Source of the DNA: Candidatus Sericytochromatia bacterium | GTDB taxonomy: Bacteria > Cyanobacteriota > Sericytochromatia > S15B-MN24 > VGJW01 | Direction: 5' to 3' | DNA length: 64,000 nt | NCBI GenBank assembly: GCA_035285865.1 | Contig: JAYKHS010000003.1 | Span: forward strand, 64,001-128,000 | Shown here: positions 39,488 through 47,212 of the stretch, piece after piece | Layout: each line of letters opens with the position of its first letter | Numbering within the stretch: the stretch's first letter is position 1 | The notes under the pieces: model-generated | Told to the model about the DNA's origin: nothing | The model's input: the letters and a program-made list of their open reading frames with translations, nothing else | Database searches by the model: none | Translations under genes and position numbers: made by a program

Positions 39488-40720
39488 TTAAGGTCCGTTC
39501 TTGCGCGGTTGGGACAGGTTTCTCCGAGGCAACAGGCGACCGACGGCACCCGCTTGGCTCAGCAGGACAACCTCGCCCGCCCCATCCTCTGCCAGGGCCG
39601 TGATGCGCCCGGGAGAGCCGGCCATCCAGCCCGTGGCATCCTCGGCCTCGAGGATGCGGTCGCCGGAAGCCGACAGCAGGTGCAGGAAGCCCGAACAGTA
39701 GTCGCTGTACAGGTAGCGTCCTTGCAGCCATGGCAGGGCACCCCCTCTGTAGAGGACTCCGCCCGAGATGCTGCAACCCGTCTCGTGGCCGTACTCCCAG
39801 ACCGGGGGCGTGAAGGAGGGGTCATCGCACGGACGTCTGAAGCCGAGGCAATGCCCGCGCCCCTCCACCCGCGACCAGCCGAAGTCGCGCCCCTTGAGTC
39901 CCCGGAAGGGAACCAGATTGACCTCCTCCCACCGATTCTGGCCCACATCGGCAATCCAGCAGTCGCCGGAGCGTCGATCGAAGACGAACGACCACGGGTT
40001 GCGGAGGCCCGAGGCCACCACGATCGGGCGGGGTGAAGCACCCTCGACCTCCAGCGCGATCAACTTGCCCAGCAGGGAATCGGGGTTGCGTGCCGTGCCG
40101 AGGGGGTCGTAGGCCCCGCCGCCATCCCCCATGCCGACATACAGCCGACCATCTGGCCCGAAGGCCAGATGGCCGCCGTTGTGATTGGGAAAGGGCTGGC
40201 GAACCTGCAGCAACACCCGGACCCGCCGGACCGCAGGGGGATCGCCTTCCGTGGTCGACCAGCCGGCTGGTCGGTCGAGACGCCACTCCGTAATGACGGT
40301 ATGGCCGTCCGTATCCGTCATGTTCGTGAAGAAACGGCCCGTACCCAGGAAGCCCGGATGGAAGGCCAGGCCGAGCAGGCCCTGCTCGCCCCCCGTGCTG
40401 ATGGCCTCCCGGACATCCAGCACGGGGCGGCGCGCCGCTCGTTCCCCGACCCACGCCCGGATCAGGCCGTCCTTGTCGACGATCCAGCCTTGACCGGCCT
40501 GCGCCCCCGAGGGCGCCGCAAAGGCGACGGGTTGCCCCACCCCGCCTGTCCACCACGTGACTTGCGCCCGCGCCAGGACGTCCCGGGCCATCGGTCGCAG
40601 AGGCGGCAGGCTGGCTGCCGCCGAGGCCACCTGATGCGCCTGCGGCAGGGACACCAGAGCAACGAGGAGCCCCCCCGCAAGGACGAAGCGAGCGGCTGTC
40701 GGCCCCATGTCACGCGGCAT
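39488..40720 (-). CDS. PQQ-dependent glucose/sorbosone dehydrogenase family protein
   Basis: EQGLLGLAFHP, NHNGG, FGPDGRLYVGMGDGG, GLRNPW and ADVGQNRWEEVN. Confidence 0.92.
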   Translation of the reverse strand: MPRDMGPTAARFVLAGGLLVALVSLPQAHQVASAAASLPPLRPMARDVLARAQVTWWTGGVGQPVAFAAPSGAQAGQGWIVDKDGLIRAWVGERAARRPVLDVREAISTGGEQGLLGLAFHPGFLGTGRFFTNMTDTDGHTVITEWRLDRPAGWSTTEGDPPAVRRVRVLLQVRQPFPNHNGGHLAFGPDGRLYVGMGDGGGAYDPLGTARNPDSLLGKLIALEVEGASPRPIVVASGLRNPWSFVFDRRSGDCWIADVGQNRWEEVNLVPFRGLKGRDFGWSRVEGRGHCLGFRRPCDDPSFTPPVWEYGHETGCSISGGVLYRGGALPWLQGRYLYSDYCSGFLHLLSASGDRILEAEDATGWMAGSPGRITALAEDGAGEVVLLSQAGAVGRLLPRRNLSQPRKNGP

Positions 40721-41918
40721 GGAGTCCCCCTTGCTGCCGGGTTTTCAGCAGGTGCATCACGAGAAAGGGCAAGGCAGGCAGACTCATCGCCAAGGCGGAA
40801 ACGACAAACATGGTGTCAGGGCGATGTGCCTGCAACCAGGGAAAGAACCACGCCCCGACAATGACCCCCCCCGTGACACAAGCTCCGAGGGCCCCCAGCA
40901 CTCGGCCGCGAAGTCGGCCGGGCGACGCCTGCACGGCGAGAACATGCTGGGCCGGCATCGACCACGCGAAGCCGACTCCCTCGACCACGCAACTGACGAG
41001 GGGCAGGGCAGCCCCGCTCCAGTGGGGATAGGAAGCGACGGCCACGGCCTGCAAGCCCGAACCGGCGGCAAGCGGCAGCACCGGACCGAACCGATCGAGG
41101 CTGCGGCCCACGTGCGCTGCCAGCAGGACCGGGGGCAGCGCGAAAATGGCCCAAGACGCACTGATGAGCCAGCTTGTCGCCCCTCGAGCGAGCATGAAGT
41201 CGGCCCACGTTGCCTCGTACATGCCCACCACCAAGCCGCCGCCAAGCGCCCGGATCCCGAGGAGCGCGAGGACGCCGATCCGCAAAGTGGCTGCGGTATC
41301 CGTGGGCATCGACGGTCCCGCCACGCCTGCGTCCTCCGTCGCGGGCGAAGGGCCGCCCTCGGTCCGTGAGCACGCGATCAGCATGGAGGCCACCGCAAGT
41401 GCGCAAGCGGCCGCGAAGGCCCCCTTCGGACCGAAGGCCAGGAAGGGCATGCCCAGTGCCGGCCCAAGAGCGTAGCCGGCACTCTGCGCACCCGTCAGAC
41501 GTGCGACCCGGCTGCCGCGCGCCGATGGCGGAGCCTGCTCGGCTGCAAGTGCCAGAGCCGCGGTGGTGGCCAGAGCGGCCGCGACACCCTCGAGCGCACG
41601 CAAGGGCACCAGACCCGATAGCCCCCCCACCCCGAAGAGCAGCATGACGGCAACCACGGCATGCAGGACGAGACCGACCAGCAACACCGGACGCCGACCG
41701 ACGCGATCAGCCAGCCAGCCACCAGGAACGTGGGTCAGCAGGCCAGACAACATGGAAGCCGTGACCATCGCGCTGATGGCGACCGTGTCCCCGCCAGCCT
41801 CCCGTGCAACCAGCGGCAGTACGGGCAGGGCGGCATGGACGGCTGCTGCCTGGCCACAGGCCACGAGGTCCAGGCCATCGAGGCCCAGACCCCGCCCGGC
41901 CCGGCGCAAGGAGCGCAA
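40710..41918 (-). CDS. Major facilitator superfamily transporter
   Basis: GWLADRVGRR motif A, RALEG and SLDRFG; about 12 TM segments. Confidence 0.9.
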   Translation of the reverse strand: MRSLRRAGRGLGLDGLDLVACGQAAAVHAALPVLPLVAREAGGDTVAISAMVTASMLSGLLTHVPGGWLADRVGRRPVLLVGLVLHAVVAVMLLFGVGGLSGLVPLRALEGVAAALATTAALALAAEQAPPSARGSRVARLTGAQSAGYALGPALGMPFLAFGPKGAFAAACALAVASMLIACSRTEGGPSPATEDAGVAGPSMPTDTAATLRIGVLALLGIRALGGGLVVGMYEATWADFMLARGATSWLISASWAIFALPPVLLAAHVGRSLDRFGPVLPLAAGSGLQAVAVASYPHWSGAALPLVSCVVEGVGFAWSMPAQHVLAVQASPGRLRGRVLGALGACVTGGVIVGAWFFPWLQAHRPDTMFVVSALAMSLPALPFLVMHLLKTRQQGGLHAA

Positions 41919-42554
41919 TCAGGGCTGCCGGGGAACGCCGATGGCCGGGTCGGCAGAAGGTGCCGTGGACGGCGCCGCCGAGGGGACGGGCTGAGGTGCC
42001 GGATTGACAGGCTGGCTTGCCGGCGGCTCGGTCCGCACCACCTGCTCTCGGTAGCGTGCCATGAAGCGCTCGTACTCCTGGTCAGGACGCAGGATGATCC
42101 ACTGCCATACCGTTCGGGCATCCAGGATGCCGTTGGCATTGATGTCGAAACTGCGGACCTGCGTATCCATCTCCGCCCGCGTGACCTTCATGTCCTGATC
42201 ACGATCCGCGTGATAGAAAAGGTCACGCATCGTGAGCACGGTGACGCCACCCGAGGCCGAACCATCCCGGCGGAAACGCTCGTCGCGGTGGAAGATGCCC
42301 CGCCAGAAGCCATCCGGCTTTTCTAGTTCGATGACGCCGTTGCGGTTGTGGTCGTAACGCTCGAAAACCTGGTTGAGCAAGGCCTCGATGTAGGTGGGGC
42401 GGAACATCCCCTGCGCCTGCACGTCGGAGGGCGCAGCCACGGGGCCGGCAGGCCGAGCCGCAGGCACGGATGCCGCGGGCGTCTGGCCGCAACCTGCGGC
42501 GCTGGCCACCGTGGCGACGAGGAGGAACGAACGCGAGAAAAGACGCACGGTCAC
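41919..42554 (-). CDS. EF-hand calcium-binding lipoprotein
   Basis: Lipobox AAGC; EF-hand loops DHNRNGVIE, DRDQDMKVT and DINANGILD; start is GTG 42554 or 42548. Confidence 0.75.
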   Translation of the reverse strand: MTVRLFSRSFLLVATVASAAGCGQTPAASVPAARPAGPVAAPSDVQAQGMFRPTYIEALLNQVFERYDHNRNGVIELEKPDGFWRGIFHRDERFRRDGSASGGVTVLTMRDLFYHADRDQDMKVTRAEMDTQVRSFDINANGILDARTVWQWIILRPDQEYERFMARYREQVVRTEPPASQPVNPAPQPVPSAAPSTAPSADPAIGVPRQP

Positions 42555-42669
42555 CTTCCGGAAAAGTGTCTCAGGAGCTCGATATGTTCGTGTTGTCGCA
42601 GATGCTTCGGGCGGCCTGAACATCACCCCGGGCATTTTAAACGTTTCTTAAGGCATCCATGAAAATTCG

Positions 42670-44418
42670 TTAGGAATCAGCCCGGTGTACCGGCAGCAGA
42701 TGCAGGGCATCCGCCGTCCCCACCGCCACGAGGCGCGCCTCGTCCACGAACGTGATGGTCCCCGTGACCGCCTCGAGGCGATGAAAAGCCAGCAGACTCC
42801 CGTGCTGCAGGTCGTGGACGCGCACCTCCCCCGAGTCCCAGACGGTCGCAAGCCAGTCCCCGGCACGACCGAACGCCGCGTCGATCGGTAAGCCGCGCCC
42901 ACGCAGACGCCACAGGGGCTCCCCGCCTGATGGTCCATATCCGCGGACCTCCCCGATCTGACCGAGGACCCAGGTCCCGGAGACCGGTTCCACGGCGAGC
43001 CCCAGCCAGTCCGCATCGAAGTCCCCCGACACCGGCGTTCGATCCTGTTCGGGCCGCAACACGCGCAAACAGCCGGGCCCCAGCAGCCACGCCGCCGCGC
43101 CATCCGGGAGCAGACGCCAGGACATCCGCGCAAGTGCCGACACGGGCTGCTGGCGAAACCGCACGGGTAGGCCCTCCTCGTCGAGTGCCATGACCTGCAG
43201 CCAGCCGCTGGCGGCCGCCGCGGCCAGCCAAGGCCGGCCCGGCACGAACTGGACCGCTCGGACAGGGGCCGCCGCAACTTCCCTGCCGTTTCCGACAACC
43301 TTTCCGTCGACCACCCGGACCAGGGCCACCACGCCATCCTCCCGGCCATAAGCCAGTCGGACCGAGCGCGGATCGGCATCGATGGCCGTGATGGGCACTC
43401 CGGCCTCGTCGACGCCCAAGGCCGCCAGAGACCAACCTGCCTCGCGCGAGAGGACCTTGAAGGCACCCTCCCCCGTACCGACGTAGGGCAGATAGGGCTG
43501 CATCCCCCGCTGCAGGGCCGTCACCCCCCCGGATACCGGCAGAGCCCAGGCCTGCGAAGGCCAGGGGCGGGCGGACGGAGGCGCGAGCGCCCACAGCCCG
43601 AGCAAGGTCGGTGCCTCCCAAGCCAGGGCCTCGGCAACCACCTGCGGCTGCTCGCCGACGAATCCGGCCAATGCCCGGGGGCGGGTGGCGGCAAGGATGC
43701 GACAGGCGAGCATCATGTCGCCTGCGGACCGTGCAAGTTCCGCCGGGTCATGCGGTGGGGGGTGAACGCCTGCAGTGCCGGGAAGCCTCACCCGAGCCCG
43801 CTCCCTGAGCGCCCGTGCCCGCTGCTGCAACGGCGTGCGCACGGACCGTTCCGGGACCACGCTGCCTGCGGCATCCGGGTCGGCCACCGCTTCCAGACGG
43901 CGCCCGGCAAGTTCCTCGCCAGCCGGCGCAGCCACGAGGGCCTCGACCAATTCCAGCAGCCGCGGGGGGCAGGCGGTGTCGCGCAACAAAGCCATCGGCG
44001 GCAGCGACCAACCACGGGCCCGATGCCCGAGGATTGCGCACCGCAACAATCTCGGCCACGTGAGCATCCCCAGCAACAAGGGACTGCCCGCAACTTGCAG
44101 GAGGGCAGCGGGCGGCCACATCAACGTCCAGGCAAGGACGCCGGGGACAACAGCCCATACGAGCAGGGCAGAGAGCAACGTGGCCCGCGGCCCCGCCGTC
44201 AGGGCGCCGGTGGCGAAGAGACCGAGGGGGGCCCCCAGCATCCATCCGAGCAACATCCATCCCGGACCGGGCAAGCCTGCCGGCAGAACCATCCAGAGCA
44301 ACAGCAAGGCCACGGGGGAGGATGTCCCCCAGACGGTCAGGGCAGGACGCCACCAGTTTCTCGGCCCCGAGGCCATCCGCGAGACCGCCGCCCGCTCCTG
44401 TTCCCTCCAGGCACGCAT
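42670..44418 (-). CDS. Membrane protein with C-terminal WD40-like beta-propeller
   Basis: About four N-terminal TM segments; repeats ITAIDAD...LAYGREDGVV, VRAVQF...LAAAAASG, LATVWDSGEVRVHD and ITFVD...VAVG. Start ATG 44418 chosen to avoid overlap with the divergent gene. Confidence 0.65.
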   Translation of the reverse strand: MRAWREQERAAVSRMASGPRNWWRPALTVWGTSSPVALLLLWMVLPAGLPGPGWMLLGWMLGAPLGLFATGALTAGPRATLLSALLVWAVVPGVLAWTLMWPPAALLQVAGSPLLLGMLTWPRLLRCAILGHRARGWSLPPMALLRDTACPPRLLELVEALVAAPAGEELAGRRLEAVADPDAAGSVVPERSVRTPLQQRARALRERARVRLPGTAGVHPPPHDPAELARSAGDMMLACRILAATRPRALAGFVGEQPQVVAEALAWEAPTLLGLWALAPPSARPWPSQAWALPVSGGVTALQRGMQPYLPYVGTGEGAFKVLSREAGWSLAALGVDEAGVPITAIDADPRSVRLAYGREDGVVALVRVVDGKVVGNGREVAAAPVRAVQFVPGRPWLAAAAASGWLQVMALDEEGLPVRFRQQPVSALARMSWRLLPDGAAAWLLGPGCLRVLRPEQDRTPVSGDFDADWLGLAVEPVSGTWVLGQIGEVRGYGPSGGEPLWRLRGRGLPIDAAFGRAGDWLATVWDSGEVRVHDLQHGSLLAFHRLEAVTGTITFVDEARLVAVGTADALHLLPVHRADS

Positions 44419-44454
44419 GGCCGCAGCATGCCATGGTTCGGGTAGGGAGAGGGC

Positions 44455-45507
44455 ATGGAGCAACGCTGCCACGTATGCCCTCGGCGCTGCGATCTGGCTC
44501 GGGCACCCGGATTCTGCGGCGGCTGGGCATGGGGCGCCGAAGGCCCCCGCAACCTCCTCGCCGGACGGGTGGCCAGTTGGTCCGTCGACACCATCGAGAA
44601 GAAGCCTGTCTGGTACTACCGCCCGGGAACGCGCGTCCTGTCTCTGGGCACGTGGGGCTGTACCCTGCGGTGTCGGCACTGCCTGAATGCAGACCTCGCC
44701 TGGGCACGCGGCGGGGCACGTACGGACCTGCCTGAACCGTGGACACCGGAAGCCGTCGTCAGGCTCGCGCGGGAGCAGGACTGCGCGGGTATCGCGTGGA
44801 CGACTACGGAAGCGGCCCCGTGGTGGCCCTTCGTCGTCGAGACCAGCAAGGCCATGCGCGCGGCCGGTGGCTACACCGTGCTCGTGACCAACGGCTTCTA
44901 CACGGCCGAAGCCCTGGCGGAACTGCTGCCGTGGCTGGACGTCTGGCGCGTGGATCTCAAGGCGTGGGACGAGCAGACCTATGGCGTGCTGATGGGCACG
45001 GACCCGGCGCTATCGCCCGCGGCGACTTGCCGGGCGCGCACGCTCGAAGCGCGTCGGGCGGGCGTGCATGTCGAAGTCGTGACTTGCCTGGTACCCGGGC
45101 ACCACGACGGCCCGGAAGCCCTGTTGCCCATTGCCCGCTGGATTCGCGAAGAATTGGGGACTGCGACGCCCTGGCACCTGCTGCGCTTCCATCCCCAGCA
45201 TCTGATGCGGAGTGCCCATGCGTTCGGTGCCGCCGAGGCGGAGGGTCTCGCCCGGACCGTGCGCGCGCAGGGCCTCGCCCACGTCCACACGGGCGGTGAT
45301 GCGACCCGCGGCAAGGGGGCCCTGCCGGCAGGCCTGCGCACCTATGACTGGCACGCGGACGACGGGCGATTCCTGCGCATCGTCCTGGAGGAGGACAGCG
45401 GCAAACTGGGATTCGTCGGCGACGAGGACCTGTTGGAAACGATTCTCGAGGCTTGTCGCGCCGAGGGCCTGGACCTCGGCATCGCCCGTTCGGCGCGGTG
45501 CGGCTGA
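44455..45507 (+). CDS. AmmeMemoRadiSam-type radical SAM enzyme (PFL-activase-like)
   Basis: CHVCPRRC...GFC, DTIEKKPVWYYRPG, GCTLRCRHCLN, VTNGF, VDLK and PWHLLRFHP. Confidence 0.88.
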   Translation: MEQRCHVCPRRCDLARAPGFCGGWAWGAEGPRNLLAGRVASWSVDTIEKKPVWYYRPGTRVLSLGTWGCTLRCRHCLNADLAWARGGARTDLPEPWTPEAVVRLAREQDCAGIAWTTTEAAPWWPFVVETSKAMRAAGGYTVLVTNGFYTAEALAELLPWLDVWRVDLKAWDEQTYGVLMGTDPALSPAATCRARTLEARRAGVHVEVVTCLVPGHHDGPEALLPIARWIREELGTATPWHLLRFHPQHLMRSAHAFGAAEAEGLARTVRAQGLAHVHTGGDATRGKGALPAGLRTYDWHADDGRFLRIVLEEDSGKLGFVGDEDLLETILEACRAEGLDLGIARSARCG

Positions 45508-45509
45508 CC

Positions 45510-46106
45510 CTAGCGGGTGGCGTACCGGGTGGGATCGCCGGCGAGCAGCACGGCGAGCAGGCCCAGCAACTGGATGTCGTGGGGCACGATGCTGGTCTGG
45601 ACGATGAAGCGGCCGTGGATGCCGGTCCTCCCTTCGATGACGTTGCCGAATCGCTCCAGATAGACCGTCCGCCCGTGGGCCGTGGCCTCGGCGCCCCACT
45701 TGCCGTCGAACTTGCCCGTGACGGGCACGCCCCGCGACTCGCCGCTGAGGGTCCAGTCGTTGTTCACGCGCAGGCGCACCGGATGGTTGCCCACCATCCC
45801 GCCGGCCTCGTCGTAGAAGGTCTCCTCGACGCGGAAGCGAGCCCGACCCCACTGGCCCTCCAGCAGGTCCTCGTAGCCGACGGCGCGCAAGAGCCAGGTG
45901 TCCACCTCTCCCGAGTAATAGTTGTTGAACTCGCGCTCGGGCGTGACGGCGGGGGCCAGCAAGCGGACTGGCCGGGCCAAGGAACCGGCCTGCGCGGAAA
46001 TCGCCATCGCGGGCGCCGTGCGGGCCACGGGAGCCGGGGCGCCACAACCCGCAAGCACGGCCGCACCTACGCACGCCACGGACAGAAATCGATTCATCAC
46101 GAGCAC
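45510..46106 (-). CDS. Hypothetical lipoprotein
   Basis: Lipobox LAGC; beta-rich body with coding-like codon usage. Confidence 0.7.
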   Translation of the reverse strand: MLVMNRFLSVACVGAAVLAGCGAPAPVARTAPAMAISAQAGSLARPVRLLAPAVTPEREFNNYYSGEVDTWLLRAVGYEDLLEGQWGRARFRVEETFYDEAGGMVGNHPVRLRVNNDWTLSGESRGVPVTGKFDGKWGAEATAHGRTVYLERFGNVIEGRTGIHGRFIVQTSIVPHDIQLLGLLAVLLAGDPTRYATR

Positions 46107-46160
46107 ACTCCAGTAGTAAACAAAATGCTAAGCATTATTTAAATTATAGCAAAATCCGGC
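46107..46160. promoter_or_regulatory. AT-rich divergent promoter region
   Basis: GTAAACAAAATGCTAAGCATTATTTAAATTATAGCAAAA between two divergent lipoprotein genes. Confidence 0.5.
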
Positions 46161-46213
46161 CTCGACAGGCCCCTGCGGACAAGCGGTGCCCAAGCAGCCG
46201 GCACAACACCTGC

Positions 46214-47137
46214 ATGCGGCATATGTCCAGCCGATGGCCTCAGCCGTTCCTGCTCACGGGACTGGTCCTTGGCTGGCTGCTGGCGGCCTGCGGCACGACC
46301 GGCCCGGCTGCGCTTCGAAACGTCGCGTCCGGTGTTGCGGGAGCCACCGCGCAGGACGGGCACCATCCCCGAGACGTCGAGATACGGGCAGAACTCACTG
46401 CCGAAGGCCATGCGCTGCTCGCCGCGGGCACCGGCTGGAGCACGCCACGCACCCGAACGGATCTGTACTTCGATGCCTTCGATGGCCAGAGCTGGGCATG
46501 GAAGGGGGGGCGCACGGCCTGGAAGCTGCGCGTCAAGCGCAAGGCCAGGACCAGCGAGATGCAACTGCGTCGTCCGCTGAGCCGGGAAGGTGCGCCCGTA
46601 TCGGCCTTGCCGCTCGTCATGAACGTCGCCGAATCGTGGGATGCGACGCTGTTCGAAAGCCAGGTCATGGCCCTCTGGGACCCGGGACTCGCGCTGCTGG
46701 GCACCATCCAGCAGGGCAGCCTGCCGACCCGCAAGGCCATGACCGAGTTGGACAAGGCGTGGCAGATGCAACTGTGGGCAGGTGCCGATGCCTTGGTCGG
46801 AGCCCGCAAGGCCCAGCCGGGTCTGCTCCTGCCGACCCACCGTGCAGACAGGAACATGATCGAGCGCAAGATGACCTTCGGTGCGGGCTGGAAGGCCGAG
46901 GTCGTCCTCGGGACCAGCCGGACGCTGGACGGCGCTGGCGAAGCGACCGTCCGGCACGAAATCGAGGTGACGCCGGGCAAGGACGCTCCGGAAGCGGCGA
47001 TTGCCATGCAGGACGTCTCCGATTGGCTCGCTGCCTCGGGTCTGAGCATCCGCCACATTGCTCCGTCGCCTGCGGATCCGACCGCGGCGGCAGCCCGGGC
47101 CTATGCGCGGGTCGGCACTCCCCGAAATATGCGCTGA
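46214..47137 (+). CDS. Lipoprotein with CYTH-like domain
   Basis: Lipobox LAAC; DVEIRAE, RTDLYFD, KLRVK and HEIEV follow the CYTH motif order. Confidence 0.55.
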   Translation: MRHMSSRWPQPFLLTGLVLGWLLAACGTTGPAALRNVASGVAGATAQDGHHPRDVEIRAELTAEGHALLAAGTGWSTPRTRTDLYFDAFDGQSWAWKGGRTAWKLRVKRKARTSEMQLRRPLSREGAPVSALPLVMNVAESWDATLFESQVMALWDPGLALLGTIQQGSLPTRKAMTELDKAWQMQLWAGADALVGARKAQPGLLLPTHRADRNMIERKMTFGAGWKAEVVLGTSRTLDGAGEATVRHEIEVTPGKDAPEAAIAMQDVSDWLAASGLSIRHIAPSPADPTAAAARAYARVGTPRNMR

Positions 47138-47212
47138 GTCGACTCGAGCAAGCGTGAGCCGTGCCCGCATGGCGGGCATGTAAGCTGTCTCACCTGAACC
47201 AGCCACGAGCCG

